Shown here one piece after another: positions 23,924-42,900 of a stretch of DNA of 64,000 bases. Source of the DNA: the human T2T-CHM13v2.0 reference genome, Homo sapiens. The stretch lies in NCBI RefSeq assembly GCF_009914755.1, contig NC_060947.1. One strand, 5' to 3'. A program made the translations under genes and the position numbers. Each line of letters begins with the position of its first letter. The first letter of the stretch is position 1. The notes under the pieces are model-generated. The model was not told where the DNA came from. It did not search any database and saw only the letters and a list, made by a program, of their open reading frames with translations.

Positions 23924-24662
23924 TGTAACTGGCCAGTGGGTTTTTCTTGTCTGTTGCCCAGAGTGAGCAAATTTATCAAGACAGGGAAATGCCAATAGAG
24001 AAAGAGTTTAACTCACGCAGAGCTGGCCGAACAGGAGACTGGAGTGTTATTATTACTCAAATCAGTCTCCCTGAAAGTTCAGAGACTGAGTTTATTTTAA
24101 GAATAACTTGGGGGGTAGCGGAGAGTAAGTGGGGAGTGCTGATTTGTTGGGTCAGAGATAAAGTCATAGGGAATCAAGGCTGTCTTCTCGTGCTGAGTCA
24201 GATTCTGGATTGTGGCCACAAGACCAGATGAGCCAGTTTATTGATCTGGGTTGTGCCAGCTGACCTATTGAGGACAGGGTCTGCAAAATATCTCAAGCAC
24301 TGATCTTGGGTTTTACAATAGTGATGTTATCTCCAGGAGCAATTTTGGGAGGTTCCTCATCTTGCAGCCAGAAGCTGCATGACTTCTCAACCATAATTTC
24401 TAATTGTGTAGCTAATTTGCTAGCCCTGCAAAGCAGTCTAGTCCCCAGCCAGGAAGGGAGTTTGTTTTGGAAAATAAGCTGTTATCATCTTTGTTTGAAA
24501 GTTAAACTATAGACTCAGTTTTCCCAAAGTTAGTTCAGCCTATGCCCAGCCCAGGAATGGACAAGGACAGCTTAGAGACAACAAGCAAGATGGAGTCAGT
24601 TAGGTCAGATCTCTTTCACTGTCATAATTTTCTCAGTTATAATTTTTTCAAAGGCAGTTTCA
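23924..24662 (-). mobile_element. LTR8-like solo LTR
   Basis: TTTATCAAGACAGGGAAATGCCAATAGAGAAAGAG and CAAAGGCAGTTTCA ends typical of antisense LTR8. Confidence 0.85.
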
Positions 24663-25231
24663 CTGGGGACCTAAAGCTTTTTTACACAAGAGGGGATAAA
24701 ATGATCTGGGGGTGGAGAAGAGAAGTTCCTAGGACTAGAATATAAAAATGTAAAGGTTGATATAATTATAAAGGTTGGAATGCCTTAACAGGTTTTATGT
24801 AAAGAAGTCGTGTCTCCTTTAGCTAAACATTTTATGAAACTGGATATTATATCTGAGTGGGGAACACTTTTCCTACCTAATATCATAAAACAAAAACCAA
24901 TTGATAAAGTTCTAATGGAGGTTACAGGTGGGAAAGTAAGAGTTGATAAAATGAAAAGTTTATAGGCGAGTTTGTACATGTGAACATGATTTATATGAAG
25001 TGGTAATGTCTCCTTTACTTGATTGTATAATGAGCATGGACATTGTATCTGAATGGGAAATCTCCTACCCAGTTGTGTAAAATAGAAGAAATATAAATAT
25101 GCCAATTTAGCAATATTAATTGGACATCATGTTAAACAGAAATCAGCAAGATTTTCTGAGCCCACACAATGTAGAATAGAAGCTGGAGTTCTGGTAGGAA
25201 TAAACTCTCCCTTTAATAGCCCTCTGTGCAG

Positions 25232-25662
25232 TGAGAGAAAAGAAAAATAGCTCAGAGCAATCTGAACTGTGTGAGGTATGCAGAACCAAGAGAAAATGAG
25301 TACAGGATTTTAGTCATCTCCCTCTGCTCACACTTATGCCTGGAGAAAATTTTTAAAAGTCATTTTGTTTCTGAATAGCTGTCTCACCCATTATTTTTAT
25401 GTTCCTGGAATTCGTGATAAAAAGAACAATGTATAGCTGATCAATAGCTTATGTAATTTTAATGTAAATTCCGGGGAAACAACTCAGAAACTGACTCTTC
25501 TTTTCTTTACAAATCCACCTGTAACTGCTGCCAATTGAAGTTGTCCTGCCATATTCAGGACAATATGAATCTATGCTCTCAGGGTGCAAATTCTCAATTT
25601 TGGACCCAATAAAATCTCTACTTTTGTTAATTTTGCCCCAGCTTCTTCCATTTAGGTCAACA
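25232..25662 (+). mobile_element. ERV1 solo LTR (MER65-like)
   Basis: GAAAAGAAAAATAGCTCAGAGCAATCTG start, CCAATAAAATCTCTAC, ends TTTAGGTCAACA. Confidence 0.7.
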
Positions 25663-26826
25663 AGTGTTAGCAGAGGTAGAGCTTATGGCAAAAGCGGGTG
25701 AGTGCCTCTCTGTGATGATTACCTGGAAGTTTGGATTAAAATCTTTTTACTTGCAGGACATTTGGTGCTTTACTATGGGACATTAAGTGAAGCTACCCTT
25801 TATGACTGAAATGAAGCTCCCCTTCATTTTATAAACCTCGAATACCAAACTATCTTGGGTGATATCAGAGAAATACTCTAACATAGTAGCAGTGGCCAGA
25901 AGAGTTTCATAATAAAACTGAAATTGTTTATACAGAATCTTGCTACCTGGGGAATCCAAAAAGAAGATACTCTTGAGCAGGAAACCTCTTTTTCCCTAGA
26001 AATGACTAAGAAACTCTGTCCAAAGCTGCTGGATTCTATCAAAAGTTTGAAAGTGCCCTATAAACAACCCTCTTCTGACTAACAAAGAGCTGCTTGGGAT
26101 GTAAATGACAATTCTGAGGTAAACAGCTGACATCCTATTTGGAAGGATGCCAGTCTGATTAAAGAAGGTAATGCCCACTTGCTCACTGCTAGCGCAGCAG
26201 TCTGAGATCGACCTGCTAGGCAGCAGCCTGGCAGGGAAGGGGCGTCCGCCATGGCTGAGGCTTGAGTAGATAAACAAATGAGACTTGAGTAGGTAAACAA
26301 AGCCTCTGGAGAAGCTCAAACTGGACGGACCCCACCTCTGGGGACAGGGCATAGCTAAACACAAGGCAGCAAAAACATCTGCAGACTTAAACGTCCCCGT
26401 CTGATAGCTCTGAAAAGAGTTGGGGTTCTCCCAGCATGGTATTTGAGTTCTGAGAATGGACAGACTGCCTCCTCAAGTGGGTCCCTCACGCCCAAGTAGC
26501 CTAACTGGGAGACACCTCCCAGTAGGGACCGACTGACAACTCATACAAGCCGGTGCCCTTCTGGGACAAAGCTTCTAGAGGAAGGATCAGCCAGCAATAT
26601 TTGCTGTTCTGCAGCCTCCACTGGTGATACCCAGGCAAACAGTGTCTGGAGTGGACCTCCAGCAAACTCCAACAGACCTGCAGCTGAGCGACCTGACTGT
26701 TACAAGGAAAACTAACAAACAGAAGGGAATAGCATAAACATCAACAAAAAGGACATCCACACCAAAACCCCATCTATAGGTCACCAGCATCATCATCAAA
26801 GTCCAAAGGTAGATAAATCCACAAAG

Positions 26827-27853
26827 ATTGGGAGAAACCAGAGCAGAAAAGCTGAAAATTCTAAAAACCACAGCGCCTCTTCTCCTCCAAAGGATCGCAG
26901 CTCCTCACCAGCAATGGAACAAACCTGGATGGAGAATGACTTCAACAAGCTGACAAAAGTAGGCTTCAGAAGGTCAGTAATAACAAACTTCTCCGAGCTA
27001 AAGGAGGATGTTTGAAACCATTGCAAGGAAGCTAAAAACCTTGAAAAAAGATTGGACGAATGGTTACCTAGAATAAACAGTATAGAGAAGACCTTAAATG
27101 ACCTGATGGAGCTGAAAACCATGGCATGAGAACTATGTGACACAGGCACAAGCTTCAGTAGCCGATTCGATCAAGTGGAAGAAAGCGTATCAGTGATTGA
27201 AGATCAAATGAATGAAATGAAGCGAGAAGAGAAGTTTAGAGAAAAAAAGGGTAAAAATAAACGAGCAAAGCCTCCAAGACATATGGGACTATGTGAAAAG
27301 ACCAAATCTATGTTTGATTGGTGTACCTGAAGTAACGGGCAGAATGGAACCAAGTTAGAAAACACTCCTCAGAATATTATCCAGGAGAACTTCCCCAGTC
27401 TAGCAATGCAGGCCAACATTCAAGTTCAGGAAATACAGAGAACACCACAAAGATACTCCTCGTGAAGAGCAAACCCAAGACACATAATTGTTAGATTCAC
27501 CAAGGTTGAAATGAAGGAAAAAATGTTAAGGGCAGCCAGAGAGAAAGGTGGGGTCACCCACAAAGGGAAGCCCATCAGACCAACAGCGGATCTCTTGGCA
27601 CAAACTCTACAAGCCAGAAGATAGTGGGGGGCCAATATTCAACATTCTTAAAGAAAAGAATTTTCAACACAGAATTTCATATCCAGCCAAACTAAGCTTC
27701 ATAAATGAAGGAGAAATAAAATCCTTTACAGAAAAGCAAAGGCTGAGAGATTTTGTCACCACCAGGCCTGCCTTACAAGAGCTCCTGAAAGAAGCAATAA
27801 ACATGGAAAGTAACAACCAGTACCAGCCACTGCAAAAACATACCAAATTGTAA
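26827..27853 (+). pseudogene. L1 ORF1p, disrupted
   Basis: Start codon mutated to ATT, in-frame stops; C-terminus RISYPAKLSF...RDFVTTRPALQELLKEA. Confidence 0.9.
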
Positions 27854-27916
27854 AGACCATTGATGCTAGGAAGAAACTGCATTAACTAATGGGCAAAATA
27901 ACCAGCTAACATCATA

Positions 27917-31690
<3,774 letters not shown>

Positions 31691-34230
31691 TCAATGAGAA
31701 CACTTGGACACAGGGCGGGGGACATCACACATGGGGGCTTGTTGTGGGGTGGGGGGCAGGGGGAGGGATAGTATTAGGAGAAATAGCTAATGTAAATGAC
31801 TAGTTAATTGGTGCAACAAACCAACACGGCACATGTATACTTATGTAACACATCTGTACTTTGTGCACATGTACCCTAGAACTTAAAATAAAATAATAAA
31901 AAAAAATTCTAATGCCCTAAATCAAGTCAAATATGATAGACTGATATAGAGATTATTTTTACAGGAAATGCACCAATAAAACGAACAAGTTTAACAACAA
32001 CAACAAAAAAAGGTAACAGCAACAACAAAATAACCCTGGTGGGATGAACTGCATTCTGTAAAATAAATAAATTAATAAATAATAAAAGCCCCTGTGCTTG
32101 GGTTTTTGTTGATTCACGGGCAGTGGCCAATGGCTGGGCCACATGATCAGGCAGAAGGGCAATGAAAATCTGGCTTATTAATGGGATGCCCATATGACCT
32201 TATGGAAATTTGAGGAGTTCATTAAAGTAGAACATGTCTATGCTTATCAGAATAGCCCCTTTTCAGGTTCAGAAGGTAATTAGAATTGACAAGCTGATAT
32301 CCATCCACCATGCGATCCCTTGAAGTGGCTGCCTGGGTCCATGAAATGAGTGGATATAGGCATATTTCAGCAATTAAGAGATGAACTTAATCTAGACATG
32401 TTTCTCTTACACCCTATTAGACACATAACAACAATAAAAATTCTTATGTATGCCAGCAAAGAGACAGAGCCTGCCAATGGTTATGTGGCAGATTCCCTGG
32501 TGGGAAGGCCATAAAACTAGCTGGCAAGTGGGACTGAAGCTCGTAGACCTGAGGGAGCTACAAATGGGTCTTGACAGGAAGAAACAGGTAGGTTCTGGAC
32601 TAGGCTTTGATTATCCTGTGGAAGTTGCAAATGTTCAGAGTGTTGTAAGAAAACCAGAACAGAAGATATTGCATAGATGTGAATGGGCAAGCATCATTAC
32701 TTCAGGCTGAGAGACCCACCATACAGGCAATAACGTTCAACAGTGGGCAAAGATATCTCCTTTCAGAGTAATAGTTTGATAGAAAAGTGAAACAGGCAAT
32801 GAAAACATTGGCTGCCTAAAACAAGGGGAGATAAAAGAATAACGGAATGGCTTATGAATGTGAGCACAGGGCTTCATAAATGTGTGACCACACTCAACAT
32901 AAGTGAGGTTAAGGGAAGGTTCCCATTGGTTAGATTCCTTCACATTTCTGTGGTTTTTGTGAAGAGGGGATGGGAAAGGATGCTAGTGTGACTATGTGAC
33001 CCTTGCCAAGAGAGGAGTATATTAATACAAGGACTATACTTTTTCCCTACATAACCTCAAAAAAATATTTCTCCTGTTTGATGCAGTGGTTCTAGGACCA
33101 GGGCAGTAAAAACAAGTGCTGAAAGCAGAGACGATTTTTAAGAAAGAAACTATAACTATGTATTAAAGCTTTATGTCAGAATTTCAAAAGGCCAGATGCG
33201 GGTGGATGTTGCCTTCACCGCATCTGGCAAAATTGGAGTTAACAGTGAATGTAGCTACATTTTCTGGAGGTAAAAATAGCTATCTAAATGTGAATGGACT
33301 GAGGAGGAGGTACCTGCTAGACTAGTGCTTGCAACGTAGATCAACACGACTGCTTATTCTAATGTCTCATCCAAAGGTGGAAGTCTGAGTATTAATGGAG
33401 AGATGGAATGATAGCTGAGGGTAAAGGGATGAATAAATGGGTTTTGAATTGAGGGAAATCCTATATTACATTAAAACCTCAAAAGAGGCTTAAAGAAAGA
33501 GATTATATTGTCTCTTAGCTCAAGTATGCCAGATGCCTGAAAGGGTGAAGCTATGTTTGCTAAGACCACTGCTGCTTTTGTATCCTGCCAAGATTGAATG
33601 AATATCTGTAAACATTAATGGCCTTACCCCGGAAGAGATTCATGCAATATAATGGACTGAACTAATGATTAATGATTATATGGAATTCTAGAATTTGGCA
33701 GTGTCCTCTGAGTCATATGTCCTTTTGATGTAAGGGATTTGAATTTGAAGACCAGGGGCAGTCTGTGATATTGTAAAATACATATTTAGTCTTCAATCTT
33801 GTTTCCAGCAATACAACTTCTAAAATCTTTAGAAACTCCAAAGTGATGTCTTTGTATATGCTAATAAGTTGACTGATGACTGGCATCCCCAAGGTAGCTT
33901 CAGGATAGGAGCTGGTTACGGGAAACACTAAGGCAGGATTAGAGGGTTGAGAGATTTCCCCAAATTCCAGGGAAGGGAGAGGGGCTGAAGACTACCATGA
34001 TCACCAATAGCCAATGGTTTAATCAATCATGCCTATATAATAAAGCCTTCATAAAAACTCAAAAGGACAGGGTCTGGGGAGCTTCTGAATAGTTGAACAC
34101 ATGTAATTTCCTGAATGATGGTATGCCAGGAGAGCCATAAAAACTCCACACCCCTCCCACATGCTTAGCCTTATGAATATATTTATGTGCATCTTTTGCA
34201 ATATTCTTTATAATAAAATGGTAAACATAA

Positions 34231-37200
34231 AAAAGAGAAATTAGAAAAACAAACAAAACAGGAACTCAGAAGATGAAAAGTACAATAATTGAATTAAAAA
34301 TTCACTAAAAGGATTCAACAACTTTGAGCAGGCAGAAAAATGAATCAGCAAAATTGAAGATAATTTAAATGATCTAGTGTGAGGAATATAGAGAAAAAAT
34401 AATGAAAGAAATGAACAGAAACTGAAGTAAATGTCAAACATCAAAAAGTGTATTAACATATACATTATGGGAATGCCAGAAGGAGAAGAGAAATGGGAAA
34501 ATAAAATATTTAAATAAATAACTAATGGATGAAAAGTTAAATATGATAAAATATATGAATCTACACACCAAAGAAGCTAAATGAACTTCAAATAGGAAAA
34601 ACTAAGAGACTCACATTGAAACACATTACAATCGAACTGTTGGAATCTAAGACAAAGAGACCTCTTGAAAGTGGCAAGATAGAAATGATTCATTTCACAT
34701 AAAGAAATCTCCAATTAGATTAACAACTGATTTTTTATTAGAATCCATAAAGGCAAGCAAGAGGTGAGATGACATATTTAAAGTTCTAAAGACATAAAAC
34801 TGGCAACAAAAATTCTATACTTCACAAAACTATTCTTCAAAAATAAAGGATTATTAAAATATAACTAGATAAGCAAAAGCTGACACAGATTATTAATTGT
34901 AGAACTTCCCTGCAAGAAATACTAAAGGGAATACTTTAGGCTAAAATAAAAGAACACTAGACAATAACTTCAAGGTATATGAAGAAATAAAGAACACTGG
35001 TAAAAGTAACTATATAGGTAAATATGAAAGGTGGTATTATCATACTTTGGGTTTGTGAATCCTTTATTTCTTCTACAATTTAAAGTCTAAATTAATAAAA
35101 TTTTAATTATAAATCTATGTTAAAGGAAACATAATATGTAAGAATATGATCTGTGACTATTAAAATACAAAAGAAGAATGAAGGAGATATATAGTAGCAG
35201 TTTTTATACTACTGAAATTAAGTTGGTATTATTCAAACTAAGTTGTCTTAAGTTTAATATGCTAATTGTATTCTCCATGGTAACCAATAAGAAACAAGTA
35301 AAATGTATAAAGAAAAGAAAGAAGAAAATCAAAATGGTGAACCATTAAAATTTTAAAAAGTAAAAATAAAGCAGTAATGGAGGAGTAGAATGCATATAAG
35401 ACATGCAGAAAACAAATATCTAGATGGCAAAGGTAAGCCCCTTCAAATCAAAAATTACTTTAAATATTAACAGATTAAACTCTCTAATTGAAAGGCAGAT
35501 ATTGGCATAAATGATGGAGAAACGTGATTTATTTATATGCTGGCTATAAGTGACCCACTTTAGTTACAAATGCACAAAGAGGTTGAAATTAAAAGAATGG
35601 AAAAAGATTTTTCATGAAAATAGAAATCAAAGTGAGCTGGGGTGGCTGTATTATTGCAAAGAAAACAGACTTAAAGTAAAAAAGAAGTTACAAACACAAA
35701 GAGGATGTACACTGGTAAAAGGCAAAATGTGGCAAGAAGATATAGCAATTATAAACATATATGCACCTAACAACAGACTTCAGTGCTCCATGTTCAATAA
35801 TGGATAGAACAACCAGACAGAACTTTAATAAGGAAGTAGAGGACTTGAATAATACTATAAAACTATTAGAACTTAAAGATATATACTGAATATTCCACCC
35901 CAAACGACCATACATTCTTCTCAAATGCATGCAGAAAATCTGTAGAACAGATCATATTTTAGGCCACAAAACAATTTTTAATAAATTTTAAAATATTGCC
36001 ATCATATAAAATATTTTATGATTATAATGGAATACAATTAGAAATCAATACCTAAAGAAAATCTAAAAACTTCACAATTATGCAGAAATTAAACCAAAAC
36101 CTCTCAAACAACTAAAACATTAAAGAATAAATCATAAGGGTAATTGGAAAATGTTAAGAAATATGCAAAACAATCTATCAAAACTTATGAGATGCAGCCA
36201 AAGCACTGCTGAGAAATCTATAGCTGCAAATGCTTAAATTAAAAAAAAATTAAAATCTCCATTCAACAACGTAACTGTATGCCTAAAAACTATAAAAAGA
36301 ACAGCAAACTAAACCAAATATTAGCAGAGGAAAGAAATAATAAATATTAGCAGGGAGGTAAATGTAACAGATAATAGAAAAGCAACAGAGAAAATTAATG
36401 AAACTGAAAGTTTTTGAAAAGATATTGACTAAGAAAAAGAAGACAAATTAATACAATAAAAAGTAAAAGGATAACATTATTATCAACTTCATAAAAATAA
36501 AAGGATTAAAAAACATTATGAGCATCTACATATCAGAAAATTGACTAACCTAGATGATATAAACTCACTTTTAGAAAGATAAACTACCAAAACTGACACA
36601 AGAAGAAATAGGAAATATGAAGAGAACAGTAAAAAGTAAACATATTAAATTGTTAATCAAGAACTTCCAAACATATAAAATTCCAAGATAGATCAGATGG
36701 GTTCATTGGTAAATTCTACCAGACGTTTAAGAAACAATTGGCACTAATTCCTTTGAAACTTTTCAAAAAAGTGGAAGAGAAGGAAATAGTTTTACACTCA
36801 TTCTGTGAGACTAACATTACCCCATCCCAAAGCCATATAAAGACAATACAACAAAACTACAGGCTAGTTTCTTTTTGACTATAAATTTAAAAATCCTAAG
36901 CATAATATTAGAAAACCTAATTCAACAGCATATTAGAAGGATTATACATAATATCTAAGTGGTATTTATCTCAAAAATCCAAGAGTGATTAAATATATGA
37001 AATTCAATCACTGTAATATACTATACTAACAGACCAAAGAAATAAAGCCACATTATCTGAATTGATACAGAATATGCATTGAATAAAATACAATATCCTT
37101 TCAGGATAAAAACATTCAAAAACTAAGAATGGAAGAAAATGTTCCCAAGATTAAATAAATACCATATACGAAATACCCACAGCTAATATTGTACTCATTT

Positions 37201-37607
37201 GTGAAACACTGAAAGCTCTTCTGAGGATTCCTGCTTTAGCCATTTCTATTCATCATAGTCCTGGAAGCCCTAACAAGGAGATTATGCAAGAAAAAAACCT
37301 ACAAGCACCCAAATTGGAAACTACATGGAAAATTATCTGTTTTCGCAGGTGACCTAACATTATATGTAGAAAACCCTAAATATTACACAAAAAATAATCT
37401 GTCAGAGATAATAGACAAATGTATCAAAGTTTCAGAATACATAGTTACCATTCAAAAATCAGTTGTATTTGTATACAGTAACAATTAAAAAATTATTATA
37501 TTTTCAATAGCATCAAAAAGAATAAAATACTTATGAATAAACTTAGCCAAGAAGGTAAAGGACATACATCAAAAAACCATAAAACATTACTGAAAGAAAT
37601 TAGGGAC
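34231..37607 (+). mobile_element. Old L1 (L1MB-like) segment 2: rest of ORF1, spacer, ORF2 5' part
   Basis: Endonuclease motifs THFSYK...LKLKEWKKIFHEN, INIYAPNN; degenerate LFAGDL near 37340. Confidence 0.85.
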
Positions 37608-38099
37608 TGTGATGGTTAATATTGAATGTCAACTTGATTGGATTGAAGGATGCAAAGTATCGGTCCTGGCTGTGTCTGTGAGGGTGTTGCCAAATGAGAT
37701 TAACATTTGAGTCAGTGGACTGAAAAAAGCAGACCCACCCTCAACATGGGTGGGCACAATCTAATCAGTTGCCAGTGCAACCAGAATAAAAGCAGGCAGA
37801 GGAATGTGAAAAGACAAGTCTGGTTTAGTCTTGTGTCATACATCTTTCTTCAGTGGTGGATGCTCCCTGCCCTTGAACATCAGACTCTAAGTTCTTCAGC
37901 TTTGGGACTCAAACTAGCTTACTTGCTCCGCGGCTTGCAGATGGCCTACTGTGGGACCTCACCTTGTTGTTGTGTGAGTCAATACTCCTTAATAAACTCC
38001 TCTTTATATATACATCTATCCTATTAGTTCTATCCCTCCAGAGAACCCTGACTAATACAAATTTTGGTACCAGAAGTGGTTCTAGAGCAATAGAATATT

Positions 38100-39840
38100 A
38101 AGATGGAGTTATTTTGTTGGTTTGGGGTTTCTGGAGTTGGCTACTTAATATGGATTAGGCCTCAAAATGCTAAGGACTCTACTTCTAATTGTATGAAGAA
38201 CACTGATAGTCCTTACCGTGAACTGTTTGGAGAGTTAGGCATAATGAACACATTTGATACTTCTGATTTCACTGCTCATGAGAGGCAAGGAGGTTAGTTA
38301 CTCTACATAATACCTTTGACCACATGTGGAGAACCAAGGATATAATAAAGTTGGTTGGTTGCTTCTGAGTTCACTGGAAAGGGATGAAAGAAAATGATGA
38401 ACTCAAGGATTCCAACTCCTGGCTTCAGAAGCAGACACGGAGCCTTAAACCTTCTAAGACTGCTCTGAGTGAGAGTATTATCTCTTGTAGGAAAAGAACT
38501 GAAATTGTGGAAAATCAGACACAAGTTCTTATCATGTAAGCGGCTGACCTGCAACAAAAGGTGCATGCACAGCCTTTCCAGGTGTCTACTGTTAAAGTGA
38601 GGGCATTGACTCAAAAAGAATAGGACCCTGAAACTTAGAATGGGAATGTGTGAGAGGACCCTGATGAGGCTGGGGACATTGAACTTGTAAACTCTGATGA
38701 GACTTTTTTGCCAGAAAACAAAAAACAGCTTCCCTATCCCCAGTAGTGGCAACATCCCCCCTGCCCCAACCCATGCTGCCATCAACCTTTCCACCTTTGT
38801 CTGAGGAGATAAACCCTGCACTGCCTGAGGCAACAATGATGGCCTCCCCTGAGGCAGTTGTCAGCAAGACAATGCTGATTCTCCTCAGGAGCCACCCCCA
38901 ACACCCCTGTTTGCATCTAGTCCTATAACTAGACTAAAGTCCTGGCAGGGCCCCAGAGGTGAGGTTCAGAGTGTGACACACGAGGAGGTACACTACACTC
39001 CAAAAGAACTGATTGAGTTTTCTAATTTTTATAAGCAGAAATCTGGAGAACAGGCATGGGAATGGATATTAAAGGCGTGGAATAATGGTGGAAGGAACAT
39101 AGAATTGGATCAGGCTGAATTTATTGATTTGGGCCCACTAAGCAGGGGCTTTGCATTCAATGTTGCAGTTTGGGGAATTAAAAAAGGTTCCAACAGTTTA
39201 TTTGCTTGGTTAGCTAAAATATGGATTAAAAGATGGCATATTGTGAATGAGCTGGAAATGCCTGATCTTCCTTGGTTTAATGTGGAGGAAGGGATCCAAA
39301 GGCTTGGTGAGATTTGGATGCAGGAGTGGATTAGTAAATTTAGACCTACTCATCCTAGCTGGGAGGGTTCAGAAGATGTACCCTTGACCAATATTTTGTT
39401 AAATAGATTTGTGAGGACAGTACCTGCATCCTTGAAGAGCTCTGTTATTGCTCTTCTCTGTATGCCAGATCTTGCAGTAGGAACCACAGTCACTCAACTA
39501 CAAAATGGGAATAATTGGATCCCGAGGTGGCAGAGGCCAAGTGGCAACACTCAAACGTCAAAGGCAAGGTGGGCATAGGTACGATAATGGAAAGCAAAGG
39601 CAGAGCAGCAATCAGAGTAGTCTGACTCTTGTAGAGCTCTGGCATTGGCTAATTAATCACAGTGGTCCTAGAAGTGAAATTCATAGGAAGCCTACTGCAC
39701 TCTTACTTAATTTATATAAGCAGAAAACTTCCAGGCCAAGTGAACAAAAGACAAATTTGAATTATAAAAATAGAGAATCATGGCGCCTCCATCAATTTCC
39801 AGACTTGAACCATTTTACAGACCCAGAACCCCTTGAATGA
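38100..39840 (+). pseudogene. gag: HERV-L gag remnant
   Basis: YKQKSGEQAWEWILKAWNNGGRNIELDQAEFIDLGPLS in ORF 38973..39578; multiple stops. Confidence 0.88.
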
Positions 39841-39859
39841 AGGGGAAGCCAGTTCCCCT

Positions 39860-42800
39860 TGGGGAAGGACCCCACTACACTACCAACAATTTATGCTGTT
39901 AATTTTTCTTCCATCTTTTACCAAGGAGACCTCCAGCCTTTTACCAGGGTAACTATGCATTGGGGAAAGGGAAATAATCAGACCTTTCAAGGACTGGACA
40001 CAGTCTCTGACCTGATGTTGATTCCCGGAGACCCAAACGTCATTGTCGTCCTCTAGTAAAAGTAGGGGCTTATGGAGGTCAGGTAATTAATGGAGATTTA
40101 GCTGAGGTCTGACTTACAGTAGGTCCAGTGGGTTCCCAGACTCATCCTGTTGTCATTTTCCCAGTGCCAGAATGCATAATTGGCATAGATATACTGAGCA
40201 GCTGGCAGAATCACCACATTGGGTCCCTGACTGGTAGGGTGAGGACTATTATGGTGGGAAAAGCCAAATGGAAGCCATTAGAGCTGCCTCTACCTAGAAA
40301 AACAGTAAATCAAAAACAATATTGCATCCCTGGAGGAATTGCAGAGATTACCACTACCATCAAGAACTTGAAAGACGCAGGGTGGTGATTCCCACCACAT
40401 CCCCATTCAACTCTCTTATTTGGCCTATGCAGAAAACAGGTGGGGCTTGCAGAAAGACAGTGAATAATTGTAAGCCTAACCAAGTGGTGACTCAAATTGC
40501 AGCTGCTGTACCAGATGTGGTTTCATTGCTTGAGCAAATTAACACATGTCCCAGTACCTGGAATGCAGGCATTGACTTGGCAAATGGTTTTTTCTCCATC
40601 ACTGTCCATAAGGCCCACCAGAAGCAATTTGCCTTTAGCTGGCAAGGCCAGTAACATAACTTTACTGTCCTACCTGAGGGGTATATCAGCTCTCTGGCTT
40701 TGTGTCATCATTTTGTTTGAAGAGCTCTTGATTCCTTTTCCCTTCCACAAGATTGATCCATTACATTGATGACATTATGCTGGCTGGATCCAGTGAGCAA
40801 AAAGTAGCAAACACACTGGACTTATTTGTGAGACATTTGTGTGCAAGAGGATGGGAAATAAATCTGACTAAAATTCAGGGACCTTCTATCTCAGTAAAAT
40901 ATCTAGGGGTTATGGGGTGTGGGGTCTGTCAAGATATTCCTTCTAAATTGAAGGATGAGTTGCTGCATTTGGCCCCTCCTACAACCAAGAAAGAGGCACA
41001 ACCTATTTAGATATTGAATACAACACATTCCTCATCTGGGAGTGTTACTCTGGCTCATTTATCGAGTAACCGAAAAAGCTGCCAGTTTTGAGTGGGGTCC
41101 AGAACAGGAGAAAGCTCTGCAACAGGTTCAGGCTGCTGTGCAAGCTGCTCTGCCACTTGGGCCATATGACCCAGCAGATCCAATAGTGCTTGAGGTGTCA
41201 GTGGCAGATAGAGGTGCTGTTTGGAGCCTTTGGCAGGTCCCCATAGGTGAATCACAGCAAAGGCCTCTAGGATTTTGGAGCAAGGTCTTGCCATCTTCCG
41301 CAGATAACGACTCTCCTTTTGAGAGACAGCCGTTGGCCTGTTACTGCGCTTTGGTAGAAACTGAACGTTTGGATATGGGTCATCAGGTTACCATGAGACC
41401 TGAAGTGCTTATCATAAACTGCGTGCTTTCTGACCCATCTAGCCATAAAGTGGGGCATGCACAGCAGCGTTCCATCATCAAATGAAAGTGGTACATATGT
41501 GATCAGACTAGAACAGGTCCTGAGGGCACAAGTAGGTTACATGAGGAAGTGGCTCAAATGCCCATGGTCCCCATCCCTGCCACCTTGTCTTCTCTCCCCC
41601 AGCCTGCACCGATGGCCTCATGTGGAGTTCCCTATGATCAGTTGACAGAGGAAGAGAAGACAAGGGCCTGGTTTACAGATGGTTCTGCACAATATGCAGG
41701 CGCTACCTGAACATGGACAGCTGCCGCACTGTAGTCCTTTTCTCGGACATCCTTGAAGGAAAGTGGCAGAGGGAAATCTTCTCAGAGGGCAGAACCTTGA
41801 GCAGTGCACCTCATTGTGCACTTTGCTTGGAACAAGAAATAGCCAAATGCTTAATTATATACTGATTAATGAGCTGTAGCCAATGGTTTGCCCGGATGGT
41901 CAAGGACTTGGAATAAGCATGATTGGAAAATTGGTGACAAAAGAATTTTGGGAAGAGGTATGTGGATGGACCTCTCTGAGTGGTCAAAAATTGTGAAGAC
42001 ATTTGTATCTCATGTAAGTGCTCACTGAAGGGTGACCTCAGCAGGGGAGGATTTTAATAATCAAGTGGATAGGATGACTCATTCTGTGGATACCACTCAG
42101 CCTCTTTCCCCCGACACTCCTGTCATCGCCCAATGGTCCCATGAACAAAGGGGCCATGGTGGCAGGGATGGAGGTTATGCATGGATTCAGCAACGTGGAC
42201 TTCCACTTACCAAGGTGACCTGGCTATGGCCACTGCTGAGTGCCCAATTTGCCAGCAGCAGAGACCAACACTGATCCCTCGATATGGCACCATTCCTTGG
42301 GTAATTAGCCAGCTACTTGGTGATAGGTTGATTACATTGGACCTCTACAATCATGGAAGGGGCAGAGGTTTGTCCTCACTGGAACAGACACTTACTCCGG
42401 ATATGAGTTTGCCTATCCTGCACACAATGCTTTTGCGAAGACTACATCCATGGATTCACGAAGGTCTTATCTACCATCATGGCATTCCACATAGCACTGC
42501 CTCTGATCAAGACACTCACCTTACAGCTAAAGAAGTGTGGCAGTGGGCTCATGCTCATGGAATTCACTGGTTTTACTATGTTCCCCATCATCCTGAAGCA
42601 GCTGGATTAATAGGATGGTGGAATGGCCTTTTGAAGTCACAATTACAATGCCAACTAGGTGACAATACTCTGCAGGGCTGGGGAAAAGTTCTTCAGAAGG
42701 CTGTGTGTGCTCTGAATCAGCATCCAATATATGGTACTGTTTCTCCCGTAGCCAGGATTCATGGGTCCAGGAATCAAGGGGTGGAAGTGGAAGTGGCACC

Positions 42801-42900
42801 ATTCATCATCACCTCTAGTGACCGACTAGCAAAATTTTTGCTTCCTGTTTCCTCGACATCATGTTCTGCTGGACTTAAGGTTGTAGTTCTGATGGAGGAA
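39860..42900 (+). pseudogene. pol: HERV-L pro-pol remnant (protease, RT, RNase H, integrase)
   Basis: FQGLDTVS, IIGIDILS, SPFNSLIWP, IDLANGFFSI, HYIDD, WFTDGSA, CPICQQ, HHPEAAGLI; disrupted. Confidence 0.92.
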